Shown: one piece after another, positions 25,391 through 39,210 of the stretch
Layout: each line of letters opens with the position of its first letter
Numbering within the stretch: position 1 is the first letter of the stretch
Origin: Octopus sinensis
Lineage: Eukaryota
Assembly (NCBI RefSeq): GCF_006345805.1
Contig: NC_043017.1
Location: forward strand, 6,138,001 to 6,202,000
Reading direction: 5' to 3'
DNA length: 64,000 nucleotides
Position numbers and translations under genes: made by a program
Notes under the pieces: generated by a model
Databases searched by the model: none
Told to the model about the DNA's origin: nothing
The model's input: only the letters and a program-made list of their open reading frames with translations

Positions 25391-26182
25391 TTTCTGTCCG
25401 CTCAAGAATAATACGGTGCGATATTCCATAATCAATTACTTCTCTTCATGCTTGGACAATATTACTTTCCATCTCTTTCAAAATCAATAAGATAAGTACC
25501 TGTCAACACCATCTTGGACTACGTCATCCAATGTGCCATTCTGCCTCTTTAAGACAGGAAGTTGAGATTATAAAGAGATTAGTCTGCTATTTCTAGAAAA
25601 TTGAGCTACAGTATAAAGGTTACTTTTCAAATTCTAATAAGGACCAGATTCAAGTTTAAGTGGATAATGGATGACTGGAAAGTGCTCTGTTTTTAGGTGA
25701 TAAATATATTTTTGCAATTAAATTCAGACTTTTTGCATATGTTTTCAATTATGTTTCCCTGGAAATTGAAATAGAAAAAAATACCAAAATTAAATTACAA
25801 GACAAATTTTTTAATTTTTCAAGGATAGCGAAATATTTATTATAATTAACATTAACAATTATTTTCTCTTCAACAGAAATTTTTCGTGCTTTTTTTTTTA
25901 TTTTTCCTTTTATTTTATTTTTTTCTCTTTTGGAAATGATTATGTATTATTTCTCTCTTATTTGTTTTCACTTAGTAGTATGTAGCCATGCTGGAGCAAT
26001 GCCATGAAGCATTTCTTGTTGAACAAATTGTCCCCAGCACCAATTTTTTTTTTTTTTGAAGCCTGGTACTTATTCTGTCAGTCACTTTTGCTGAACAGCT
26101 CAGTTATGGGGATGTAATCACACCAACACCAGTTATCAAGTGGTGGCAGGGGGACAAACACAGACACAAAGACACATATGTA

Positions 26183-26390
26183 TTTCTTTACTACCCACAA
26201 GGGGCTAAACATAGAGGGGACAAACAAGGGCAGACAAAGGGATTAAGTCGATTACATCGACCCAGTGCGAAACTGGTACTTTATTTATCGGCCCCGAGAG
26301 GATGAAAGGCAAAGTCGACCTCGGCGGAATTTGAACTCAGAGCGTAATGGCAGACGAAATACGGCTACGCATTTCGCCCGGCGTGCTAAA
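26183..26390 (-). mobile_element. SINE family B nested in a family-A copy
   Basis: 16-bp target-site duplication CAAAGACACATATGTA at 26167-26182 and 26391-26406. Confidence 0.85.
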
Positions 26391-26944
26391 CAAAGACACA
26401 TATGTACACACACATACGTAGCATCATCATCATCATCATCATAATGTCCTCCTTCTATGCTGGCATGGGTTGGATGGCTTGACAGGAGCTGGCCAGGCAG
26501 AAGCTTGCACCAGACTTCTATGTGTTTTGGCATGGTTTCTACAGCTGGATGCCCTTCCTAACACCAGCCATCTTGTAGAGTGGACTGAGTGCTTTTTACA
26601 TGGCACCAGCACAGGTGAGGTCAGCTTTTTGGTATGGTTTTTACCTCGCTGTGCTGGTGCCATGTGGAAAGCACTCAGTCCACTCTGCAGGACGGTTGGC
26701 ATTTGTAAGGGCATCCATCTGTAAAATCTCTGTCAAAATACACACACATGCAAGTGCTCCTGCTCTGCTTAATCACATCAGTAATCTTACAACACAAAAC
26801 CCTTAGAGCCACAAGAAAGCACATTTTCATGTATTGACAGGGAAGATAACCACCCCACAGTGAAGCTAGGTTAGCCCCACCCTTAGTCCCCTTCTCCCAC
26901 CACCCAACTGTGTCAGGACTTGGATAATATATTTCATCATATTA

Positions 26945-27225
26945 GCATGCCAGGCAAAATGCTTAGCGGTATGTCGCCTGCCGTTATGTTCTGAGTTCAA
27001 ATTCCGCCGTGGTCGACTTTGCCTTTCATCCTTTTGGGGTCGATAAATTAAGTACCAGTTATGCACTGGGGTTGATATAATCGACTTAATCCGTTTGTGT
27101 GTCCTTGTTTGTCCTCTTTGTGTTTAGCCCCTTGTGGGTAGTAAAGAAATAGGTATTTCGTCTGCCTATATGGTCTGAGTTCAAATTCCACCAAGGTCGA
27201 CTTTGCCTTTCATCCGTTTGGGGTC
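26945..27225 (+). mobile_element. SINE family B with a partial second unit
   Basis: Junction GAAATAGG|TATTTCGTCTG at about 27153. Confidence 0.8.
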
Positions 27226-29309
27226 ATCATCGTCGTTTAACGTCCACTTTCCATGCTGGCATGGGTTGGAGTGTTTGACTGAGGGCTGGCGAGCCAGAAG
27301 ACTGCACCAGGCTCCAATCTTATCTGGTAAAGTTTCTACAACTGAATGCCCTTCCTAACGCCAACCACTCTGAGAGTGTAGTGGGTGCTTTTTACATACC
27401 ACTCGCATGAGGGCCGGTCAGGTGGTACTGGTATCAACCACGCTCAAATAGTGCTAGAGCAGAAAAGAATATATTTCAATATCCACAGCTTGGCCAATAT
27501 GGAATCTGTACTGGTACTGGCATGAGCAGTGGGACTGAACCCAGAACCATATGGTTGGGAAACAAGCTTATTTACAACACAGCCATGCAAGAAAGCCATT
27601 GCAGAATTATTTTCTTCAAATATTTATATTAGTCATGTATTTTTTTTTTTTTTTACATCACAAGTTAAAAACATACATCATCATCACTGTCATCATCACC
27701 GCCATCATCATTATCATCATCATCATCATCACCATAAACACCATCATCACCAACACAAGTAACAACTCCACCATCATCACCACCACCACCACCACAATCA
27801 TCATCATCATCACCACTGCCACCCACCACCATCACCACCTTCATCTACATCATCGTTATAAAAATTAATTATTAAATGATTTCTGAAGTTAAAAGAATTA
27901 ATAAATTAGAGCTTTTCTAAGTCTTATTTTCATTTCTTTCTAATCTTCTGTCTTTGAAACTTTGCATAAAGTTTGGCAGAAATATTTCCATGTCTGGTGA
28001 ATTAATATTTCATGACAAAACCGAACTGTCGCTTATTGTGACATCTCTAATATGTGTCAAAGTTTGTTGAAAAGTATCTTGAAATTCTTCACAGAATGAA
28101 GAGCAGGTGAGCTTTCCTATCATGACCTGCTAGAAATAGCAGCCAAATCTCCTTGAAATCCCACATTGTCACCAACTGGTGGATGTTGCCTAGGTATGTG
28201 TCCCTGGCACAGGAGCTAGTCAGGCAGCACTGGCAATGATCATACTCAAATGGTGCTCTTTATGTGCCAGCGGCATGGGAGCCAGTCAGCCAGCACTTGC
28301 AGCGATCACGCTCAAATGGTGCTCTTTATGTGCCCCTGGAACAGGAGCCAGTCAGACAGCACTGGCAATGATCCTGCACAAATGGTGCTTTTAACATACT
28401 CATCAGCCTCGCCAGACACATCAGGCTGGTTACCCAGTTTCTATGGGGTATAATTGTCCTAGATCACAAAACTGACTCTGAACCAGATGTCAGTCTGTCA
28501 CAGAGTTATTCAGTTCTACAGCTGGATAGACTGGAGTAAATATGAAATGAAGAGTCTTGCTCAAGAATACGATGCACCATCCGGTCCAGGAATTGAAACC
28601 ATGACCTTGAAATCATGGTTGCAATACCCTAACCACTAAGCCACAAAACTAGACTTCAAAGCACACCCTACCATCTTAGGTGTTGGAGTGGTCGTGTGGT
28701 AAGAAGCTTGCTTCCCAACCACATGATTCTTGGTTCAGTCCCTGTGTAGCACTTCAGGCAAGTGTCTTCTACTATAGCCCCAGGCCAACCAGAGCCTTGA
28801 GAGTAGAGTTGGTAGATGGAAAGTGAAAGAAACTCATCGAGCTGAACTGCTGAAGTCAGCAAGTTTTTTCATTCTCTCTTTGTTTATTTTCTCTTATTCC
28901 TTTCTGTTGAAGAGCAAAGGCTCAAAATGTAAAAGGCTTTTCATTTTCCTCAGTTCGAACTAATACATTTGCTTGTTGTTCATACACCGGTCTTTGTCTT
29001 CTGTTTTCCTATAAATTTCAACGATATATATATATATATAATATATATATACATACATACACAAACACACACCTTCTAAGGTATGTCTGTTCCCAAACAA
29101 CATTTATATTGGTGCTGTTGACACTGCTGGATTGAATGGTATTGTCCAGGTGTCAAAACCATAGTGATATCCACGAGGCAGCCGATGATGGAGATATGTT
29201 GGATTGTTGGTATGGCTGTTATTGTATGTGTGCAATAGTATTATAACACATCCATTTGATATATATATATATATATACATATATATATTCAATGGGTTTC
29301 TTTCAGTTT

Positions 29310-29770
29310 TTAGTAAGCTTACAGTGATGAAGTACTGGGTTGTACACAATATTTTGCGTGGCATAAGAGCTTCAAAAGTGGAAGAACATCCATGGAAGAG
29401 GATGAGCAATCTGGAAGAGCTATTGTGAGCATCAACCCCTTAAATGCGGTATTGTGAATTTGTTCCTCGGGGCCAGATCAACAATTAAGGGTTCTACTGC
29501 AACATTTTGAAGCATTTGTGGGAGGATATTTGGGGAAAGTGACCAGATTTGTGGAGCACAAAGAATTGGATTCTACACTGAGCTCACCCCGCTTGTGAGT
29601 TTTTCACCAAATGCAACATTGTAATGCCTGCATACCCACCCTGTTTGCCAGATTTAGCACCCATGGACTTCCATCTCTTCCCCAAGGTGAAAATGCAGCT
29701 CGAAGGTTGTTGTTTTAACACCGTTGTTAAGATCCAGAACGAATCACAAGAAAGTCCTCGATTCACTTAT
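29310..29770 (+). mobile_element. Internally deleted mariner transposase relic
   Basis: YSDEVLGCTQYFAWHKSFKSGRTSMEEDEQSGR (HTH region) is joined to CEFVPRGQINN*GFYCNILKHLWEDIWGK*PDLWSTKNWILH and AYPPCLPDLAPMDFHLFPKVKMQLEG. Confidence 0.85.
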
Positions 29771-30385
29771 GGAAAGTGCTCAATTTCAAACTTAGAATTC
29801 ATATGCAATCAGCTACAAGGAAGGGAAATCGCTAATGTCAGAAAGCGAGAGAATATTGAAAACAATCTGTATATATGTCAGCTTCAATATAAGGAGACAT
29901 TTCAATTGAAAATTATTGGGAAGTGTGTGTAGTTTTAATAAAATCATATTAACTAATGTTGGAAATATTAAAAAAACAAAAACAAAAAGAAAACATTAGT
30001 AAACATTAGTTTTTATCGCCGTGATCAATAAAAATTATTTTATCGTTTCAAACACATGATGAATGATAAAAAACCATTAACAGAGAAAGCTGATGGAAAT
30101 TGTCATGCATAATGAAAGTGAGTCAACGGGAAAAAGAAAAATTATATGGATTTCTATAATTCTATACTTATATGGGTGTGGATGTTTATATATTTAACGT
30201 AGGTATAATTTATCATCATGTTCAAGGCATGGCTGTGTGGTAAGAAGCTTGCTTCACAATCACACAATTCTGGGTTCGGTCCCACTGTGTGGCAATTTGG
30301 GCAAATGTCTTTTACTATAGTCTTGAACCAACCAAGCCTTATCAGTGGATTTAGTAGACAGAAACTGAAAGAAGCCCATCATGTG

Positions 30386-30424
<39 letters not shown>

Positions 30425-30531
30425 TGCTAAGTACATAAGTGCAAAACAATGTGGAAAAATAGTACTCGAATACCAAAGGTAGAGCAAGATACATTTTATT
30501 AAAGCTGCAAAATTATAATTTTGCAGTTTTG

Positions 30532-30572
<41 letters not shown>

Positions 30573-30979
30573 AAGAGATAGACAGACAGACAGATAGTTG
30601 GATAAATAGATGTAGATATGTATATGTATATATATGTATATGTGTGTGTGTGTGTGCATATGTAAGTGTCAATGCATGAAACTCTCGACCCTTGAGTCAC
30701 TCTGTTACTTCTGCTAAATATTAATAAATATATGCATATACTCATATTTTGAGTTGTATTTTTGCTGTTTGCATCACCATAGGTATATATATATATGTGC
30801 ATGTATGTCTTATGGGCTTGCGGGTGCTGGTTCCATGTAAAAAGCAGCAGCACTGGAGCCATGTAAAAGCACTCGTACTGGTGTTGTGTGTAATATACCC
30901 CTACTGGTGCCACGCAAAAGCACCCATCTCAATACCATGTTGAAAAGACAAAAAAACAACATCTATGTATCCATGTATA

Positions 30980-31022
<43 letters not shown>

Positions 31023-31396
31023 GTATGTATATATATGTATATAAATATATGTGCATATATATATTATATATGTATATATATGTGCATATATATATTATAT
31101 ATGTATATATATATGTGCATATATATATTATATATGTATATATATATCTGTATATATATATATATATGTATATGTATATATGTATAATATATATATATGT
31201 ATGTATATGTATATATGTATATATATATGTATGTATATATATGTATATATATGTACATATGTATGCATATATATATATACATATATTTATATACATATAT
31301 ATATGTGCATTTGTATATATACATATATATGTGCATATATATATATATAATTATACATTGGAATATTGAATATTTTAATATATGGTTTGTCTGTAG

Positions 31397-31422
31397 ACGA
31401 ATTTCTGACCATTTTTTATCAG
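31397..31422 (+). CDS. Speculative 26-nt microexon (phase 1 to 0; ..EFLTIFYQ)
   Basis: gtttgtctgtAG|acgaatttctgaccattttttatcag|GTttga. Its phases would join the 22631 candidate to the 37874 exon and give [19 protein letters not shown], a plausible EF-hand entering helix. Splice sites are only moderate. Confidence 0.2.
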
Positions 31423-31711
31423 GTTTGAATTTGTATGAGAAATGTATTCCATCATCGTCTTTTCAACCATAAATCAGTTTTCTTTCAGTCTCATGGCCTT
31501 TTTTTTTTATTTCTTTCTTTCCTTCTTTCCTTCCTGCTTTCTGTCTTTTCTCTCTCTACATCTTCCTTTCTTTCCTTCCCTATTTGTCTTTACCAAGCGT
31601 TTCATGGTTGGCACGACCAGTCCTTGTACGGCAATTATTGTTTCACACCCTATATTATACAGAAATCAATGAAGTGAAATATGAACGAGATATATGGAAT
31701 GAAGTTCCTGG

Positions 31712-31752
<41 letters not shown>

Positions 31753-31766
31753 TACATATACATATA

Positions 31767-31801
<35 letters not shown>

Positions 31802-32246
31802 TAAACTACATAATACACACACATATATAGATACATACGTGTGTTATGTATTAATAGTTTATTATATTTTTGAATCAATCCAAGTTAAGGCTGCAAGCAA
31901 ATATCAAAAGTCATAAACGAAATTCATGCACACACACACACACACACACACACATGCACACACAGTGCCACATTCATACATAAACACATGCATATCATTG
32001 GTGAAATATATATTGCAGTGATAATACATACATATGTGTATATATGTATATATACATGTGTGTGTACTTGTGTATAGATACAGAGAGAGAGAGAGGAATA
32101 GAGAGATATAGATATATATGTATATATATTAATGTTAGTATGTATATATATAAATATATATATATGTATATATATTAATGTGAGTATCCATATGTATATT
32201 GATGAGTATATGCGTGTGTGTGTGTGTGCATATGTATATATATGTA

Positions 32247-32297
<51 letters not shown>

Positions 32298-32780
32298 CTG
32301 CACATATTTTTAATCTGATGAAATATATATATCATCAGATTAAAAATTTATATAGTGCAGAAAATATATATTCCAAAACCAGTATCAGACACAAAAATGT
32401 CACAAAAGCAATATTACTTGCAAAATATTTCATGAAAAAATAACTTATCATTATTCTTATGAAATCAATCATGACCAAGTGGTCCTGGGGATCAATCCCA
32501 CTGCACATCACTTTAGACATGCTAGCGCTCCGGGCGAAATGCTTAGCGGTATTTTGTCTGCCATTACATTTCCCAGAGGTTGACTTTGCCTTTCATCCTT
32601 TCAGGGTCTCTAAATTAAGTACCAGTTATGCACTGGGGTTGATGTAATCGACTTAGTCTCTTTGTCTGTCCTTCTTTGTTTCCTCTATGTTTAGCCCCTT
32701 GTGGGCAGTGAAGAAATAAAATAAATGCTGTTTGCCTCAGATTCAGGCCAAGTAGTGCCCAGAGGTAAAATGATTCAGAG

Positions 32781-33129
32781 CAGTGGCTCTCAACCAGGAT
32801 CCATATGGCCCTGAGGGTCCATATAATTTTTGTGGGGTTCCATGGAAAAAAATAGTAGATTGGGGATCCACAATAATATTTTAAAGGCCCTTGAAAAAAT
32901 TTTGCTTTAGATGTATGTATTGGTGATGTATTGCAAGAAACAGCTGGGTTTCTTTCTCTAACAGTTTCCATAGTTCAACCTACACAAGTTAATGTATGAA
33001 AAACCAAATAGGAATTCTGAAAGAAGTGTGTATAAAACTAGTTTTTAAACATTGAATAATGACGAGGGTCCACTAGAATAAAATATTAATGGAAAAGGGT
33101 CCATAGATAAAAATGGTTGAGAACCCCTG
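32781..33129. mobile_element. Non-autonomous hAT (Charlie-type) MITE, 349 bp
   Basis: 15-bp TIRs CAGTGGCTCTCAACC and GGTTGAGAACCCCTG match at 13/15. The right flank TGCTAGAG resembles the NTCTAGAN target; the left copy ATTCAGAG is degenerate. Confidence 0.75.
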
Positions 33130-34436
33130 TGCTAGAGAGAAAAATGAGCTGAGTGGTTCTAGATTCCCTTGTTCGAAAATATAAGGACACAGCCTCTTGG
33201 CTTGCAAGTCCTCAGCATGAAAAACAGATGTTAAACGATGATGATGATGATCATGATCATCATCATCGTTTAACGTCCACTTTCCATGCTGGCATGGGTT
33301 GGACGGTTCAACTGGGGTCTGGGAAGCCAGAAGGCTGCACCAAGCCCAGTCTGATCTGGCAGTGTTTCTACAGCTGGATGCCCTTCCTAACGCCAACCAC
33401 TCCGTGAGTGTAGTGGGTGCTTTTTACGTGCCAGACGAGGCTGGCAAACGGCCATAATCGGATGGTGCTTTCCATGTGCCACCGGCATGGATGCCAGTCG
33501 GGCGGCACTGGCTACAGCCACGTTCGGATGGTTCTCTTACGTGCCACCGGCACTGGTATCTATATATATATTTATATATATATACACATACATACCCAGC
33601 CATTTGGGTGTGACAAGACGTATATAAAGCTAAGCACTTTATGGAAGACACTTGCCTCGGGTGCACAAAGTGGGACTGAATTAAAAACCGTGTTGTTGGA
33701 AGCCAAACCTCTTACCACACAACCACAGATCTGAATAAACATTTTAATTTTCTTTGCCCGCAATTTACTCGCAACAAATGTTTTACTCCATTGCTCTATT
33801 CTACGATAGAGCTGAAAAATACTCTTCTCTTTTATATGTTACAAAGGGCATAAACAAGTCAGTCGATGATAAGAATGCGCTAAGAATTGAGACCACATGT
33901 GCTCAAAGCACACAGAACAATACTCAATTACACAGTGAAAGCACACAATAAAACCGAAATTAATAACATGGATAATTTCTCTTTCAATCTATTAGCCTAA
34001 CTATACATATAATTAGTTAAGAGCCATTAATTGCTTACGTCATATTTCGAGAAATTTTTACTGGTGAAAAATCAGATGAAGGAGGACGTTTTGAAAACAA
34101 ATTGATGTCGCCAGAAAGAAAGAAAAAATATTATGACGCGAAATAAATTCTGCTAATATAGAATCAATTTTATATTCTTTTCAACACCAATAATTGACTC
34201 TCTAATGTACACAGTAATCAGTCGGCTGATAGTGAGAGAGGAGGAGGAAAGAGAGAGAAGAGGAGGAAAGGAGAGAGAGGAGGAGGAGGAAAGAGAGAAG
34301 CAAACAAACTGATATATTTGAGTTCATAAATTAAATACAGATTAATGGGAATTAATGTTTTTTCTTAATTAATTTTGTCACCAAGCATTGGCATCATAGC
34401 ACACACACACACACACACACACTATATGTATATCTT

Positions 34437-34471
<35 letters not shown>

Positions 34472-35383
34472 TGTATGTTTTTGTGTGTTTATAAGAATAA
34501 GCTTCGCATTTCAGTTTTGTATTGTAAATATGGCAGGTGAGCATTTATCTCTGTTTATCTTATTGTTGATGATGATGATACTGATGCTGATGATGGTTAT
34601 GTTGATGGTGCTGATTGTGGTGATGATGATGATTATGACCAATTAAGAAATAAAAAAGGATGCCAAAATGGAATTTTATTGGTTAGAAGTTCATTAAAAT
34701 AGGTTAAAGTGATGGACATCTCAAACTCCTGGGGGTCAATTTAATCAACGAACCCCTCCCCCACTAACCCTCTAAAATTTATGGTATAGATACAGGTTTG
34801 GCTGAGTGGTTAAGAGGTTTGCTACTCAAATGCATGATCACAGGTTCAGTCCCACTGCATGACATGTAAGACAATTTTAAGGTAGCAACAGATAAAGTCT
34901 AAGGTATCTCTTTCTCTCTCTCTCTTTCTCTCACACACACATTTTCATTCACATCCATACAGTTACATAAATGAAGAACCCACAAACTAATAGACACACA
35001 GACAGACAGATAGACAAGCACACAGACAGACACACAGACAGACCTGCAGCTGGCCTAGAGTAGAGAGGGCATGTCATTGATGAGGTTGCAGTTGATTGAT
35101 TAACCCAACAATTAGCCCAACAATTGATTAGCTAAATGGTTTTTAACCAGCTGACAAAATGAAAAATAAAGAAGTGAAATAGAACTGGTGTGTGTGTTTA
35201 TTATTATTGGCATAATGACCCTCCCAAAATACAACAAAATCTGTTTCAATACTCAAATTCACATCATGAATCTTGCAAACCAAAGACAAAAACATAAGCA
35301 GGGTTGGAATAAAAACAAAAAAAAATGTCACAAAGAATAACAGAATTAAACAAAAATTTAGGCTTCTTAAAATACCATTTTTT

Positions 35384-35810
35384 AACCCTTTATCACTTAA
35401 ACTGACCATATCCAGATATTCTCCTAGTTTTATATTGAAATTTTCCAGATCCAGCCTATCACACCAACCCTACAATGTCATTCTAAAGATATACAATTAC
35501 ATCACTGAAATCTCAAAGCTATGTGATAATACATGATTAATTAAGAATAGCCTGGATAAAGAAGCATTATTACATATGACAGATTAAGCTGATTACTGAT
35601 GTGTTAACATTTAAAGCAGTCATATTAGGCTCAAACATTCAACTTACTTTTTGTTAATCTATCCAGATCCAGCCTCTCACACCTACCCTACAATATTATT
35701 CTGAAAATAAACAGATGCATCATAGAAATCCTGAAGCTACAAGAAATGTATGATTAATTCAAAACAAGGAGAATAAAAAGGCATCACCTTTCACAAATAA
35801 TCTAATTAAT
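35384..35810. mobile_element. TTAA-type MITE, one near-complete and one partial copy
   Basis: Starts TTAACCCTTT and shares ccagatccagcct..cacc..ccctacaat..attct with 11560-11760. Confidence 0.55.
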
Positions 35811-37552
35811 TTGAATACAATGTGCACCAAAATGATGTGATGGATTTAAAGGTTTGGAAACCATAGCATTAGATTGTGGTCTGAGGGGGATTTATCTGTT
35901 ATTTCTAGCAAGTTCAACAAGTGGTTGAGGCTGCCCTGCAAGTTTACCCATCTGTTCTGTGATACTGGTGAAAATTAGGTAATTCTACAGGAGAGGTGTA
36001 TGAAGAAATTCTTAAACTTTAGCACATTGGTTTGTCTCCAGAATTGTTTCTCCTGCCACTGCCCTCATACTACAAGGGAGAAAACTCACATGGTGACATG
36101 CTGCACCTATAGCGTACTAAAGGTTAACCATAGTTTTGCTTGGAGGGATCTGATCTTTCTTTGAATGTGGTTAATAACTTTGGTAAAGGCATGAACACTA
36201 CAACACTACAATTAGCTTGAAGTGATTATATAAGGATGGAAAAGGAAACATCCGTGTTTAAAACATTGGCAGAGTTTCTTTCAGAATAAACAACTTACAC
36301 AACTTGTAATGAAAGATTGAATTTCTGAAAAAGATTTTTTTTTTTTTTTTTAGTTTGATTCATTTATTTATTTATTTTTGCAGAGATGTAATCTCCTCAG
36401 TTTAAAGCATGTGATTCAGAGAGGAAAAAAAAGAGAAAAAATATTGTAAAAAAAGTCAAAAACGAAAAAGTTACGGCCAGTTGCATATTCTAAAATGGAG
36501 AATGAGATGGGAATTAAAAAATTGAAATTGAAAGATAGTTTTTGTTCTACATGTTTCTCTTTTTTTATTGCAGAAACATGGTCTTCTATGTTTAAAACAT
36601 ATAATTCAGAAAAAAATAATTGCAATAAGTACAAAATAAAAAAAAAGAACAAAACAAAACAGAGTTATGGTTGGTTGTATACTCCAATTCAGAAATGGAT
36701 GGCAAAAAAGAACAAAATGTAAAAAAATTTAAATGTTGCGATTTTTTTTCTTACAGAATTGTAATCTCTAATGTTTATAACATAGAAATCCAAAGAAACT
36801 TTTTGGGGAAAAAAATAATCTTAGTAATATGGTAGTGAGGGGAGTGCTTATTACAAAACTCCGCTGAAGCATTTTACAATTTGGAATTCTTTTGTTTTTA
36901 GATTCGTTCTTTTTGACAAGTGATTTGATCTCAGACCATGTATTGAAACTGTAACCATGACATCGTGATTGACTCATAACCCTTGCAAAACACACAAGCC
37001 AGCATACATGCACACACCTGCACACAAGCACATGCCTGGACACATGCACACATACATACACATACAGATGCATACGTACCTATCTTCTCTTTTATTCTGT
37101 TATAATAACAGTCTTTGGTCATACATCTACAACATGGCCGCTGATAATATTCCGTTGTATCTTGTATGATGGAATAGATTATCAATATCAACCAGACATG
37201 GCTGTGTGGTAAGAAGTTCACTTCCTAACCACATGGTACCAGGTTCAGTCTCACTGCATGGTACCTTGGGCAAATGTCTACTACTACAACCCTGGCAAAC
37301 CAATTCTTAATGAGTGGATTTAGTAGATGGAAACACTGAAAGAAAGGCATTGTATATGTATATATATATGTGTGTGTGTGTGTGTGTTTATGTGTGTGTA
37401 TGTTAACCACACAACCACGTCTGCACCTGACTATAATTTCACTGCTTCCACTCTCAGAGACCCTAAAAGAGTTCACATGTGTGCTGTCCTTTCTCTCTCA
37501 CTTAGCCAGAAAAACACAGAAAGCAAATCATCATCATCATCATTATCATCAC

Positions 37553-37597
<45 letters not shown>

Positions 37598-37873
37598 TTA
37601 ACGTCTCTTTTCCATGCAACCGGCACAGGGGCCAGAAGAGCTGGCATTGACCATGATCAGATGGTGCTTTTTACATGTCACCATCACGGAAGCCAGTCAA
37701 AGTGGCACTGGCATCAGCCACGTTTGGATGGTGCTTTTAATTATCACAATTCTTCTACAATTTAATTACTTTCCTTGCTTTTCCCTGCTTTATTAATTTA
37801 TTTTTAAAAAACAAATTCTTATAAATTACATCACTGATGTTTGTTTTTTTCTGTTTTTTCATTTTCTCTCTAG

Positions 37874-38032
37874 TATGATATTCTTGGAAAAGGAGAAATC
37901 AGTAAACAAGATTTTCAAGAATTAATGGTAGATCCGCAATTTCAAGAGGAAATTCCATCCCATAAATTGGATATCCTTGGTTCCAAGATGAACACAGTTG
38001 ATCATCTTTCATACCAAGAATTTGTTAACATA
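37874..38032 (+). CDS. Internal coding exon (159 nt, phase 0/0) encoding a degenerate EF-hand pair; likely N-terminal region of a rhomboid-related protease (RHBDL1/3 / Rhomboid-4-like)
   Basis: Polypyrimidine tract plus AG (tgttttttcattttctctctAG, ending 37873) and donor ATA|GTAAGT at 38033. The open 53-codon frame reads YDILGKGEISKQDFQELMVDPQFQEEIPSHKLDILGSKMNTVDHLSYQEFVNI, with an EF-hand loop-like DxxGxGxISxxDF and a second SYQEF helix. From memory it aligns with the EF-hand segment of RHBDL3-type rhomboids (PHK..VL...YQDFVSL). The exon call is stronger than the family call. Confidence 0.8.
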
Positions 38033-38804
38033 GTAAGTTCACATCATTCTACTATTTTGCAATTACCGTGTCTTACTTATTCACTTTACATTTTCCAGGT
38101 GCTTTTCCTTTCATTGTTTTTCCCATTTTGCAGAAACTGAAAATTTGTTGTTTATTTTATATTTATTATTATTTTTTTTTATACCTTTTATCAGTTAAAA
38201 ATACTAATGACGCAAAATGTAGTTTACTGTTGCACTAAGCTGTACTAAAGAGATGATAATGAATTTTAAGTCTACAAAAAGTAAACTAAATCCTTTGAGT
38301 CTATACAGCATACATCCACTTTACCTTTGTAGATGTGTAAAGTAGAAAATATATACATATATATATGTATACGTTTTTCTCCCTTTAATCAAGCCTTCAA
38401 AAATTCACCACATTTACATACTTACACATACATGCACATAAATATACACTCATATGTATGCACACACACACACACTCACACACACTCACTCACACATATA
38501 TAGATAACAAAAAGAATATTCTCTTCCAGATTTATATAAAAGGCATAAATGTTCTGTAAAATATCATTTCTGATGTTTCTTGGAAGTGAAAGAGCTAAAA
38601 GCACTAATAAATAATTATCCAAAATTCGGATTATTTTCTTTTATTTTAATTTATAAAATCTGTACACAACTTCAAACAATCTACACACATACACAAATAC
38701 ATACATACATACACATGCATACATACACACATGCACACATATATATATACATACACGCACACACAAATACACATACATGCACACATATCTATATAAATAG
38801 ATTG

Positions 38805-39210
38805 ATAGATTGATAGATAGTTAGATAGATAGATTGATAGACAGATTGATAGACAGATAGATGGATTGATAGATTGATAGATAGATAGATTGATAAATAG
38901 ACAGATTGATAGATAGACAGATCAATAGATAGATTGATAGATAAATAGATAGATTGATAGATAGATAGATTGATAGATTGATAGACAGATTGATAGATTG
39001 ATAGACAGATTGATAGATAGATAGATAGATAGATGGATAGATTGATAAATAGACAGATTGATAGATAGACAGATCGATAGATAGATTGATAGATAAATAG
39101 ATAGATTGATAGATAGATAGATTGATAGATTGATAGACAGATTGATAGATTGATAGACAGATTGATAGATAGATAGATGATAGATAAATAGATAGATAGA
39201 TAGATATGTT
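38805..39210. repeat. (GATA)n-derived compound microsatellite with an internal ~150-bp duplication
   Basis: GATA/GACA/GATT mixture; the block ataaatagacagattgatagatagacagatc occurs twice. Confidence 0.9.

Noticed and set aside
25667-25698. DWKVLCF resembles the rhomboid HWKVLFDQ segment
   Set aside because: It ends in an in-frame TAG and has no acceptor AG.
34025-34230. CpG-retaining unique stretch with TTACGTCA and TAAT motifs (possible enhancer)
   Set aside because: Short motifs cannot be distinguished from chance without conservation or chromatin data.
36574-36630. TWSSMFKTYN after a polypyrimidine tract and CAG
   Set aside because: No phase-compatible donor; the frame runs into A-rich low-complexity sequence.
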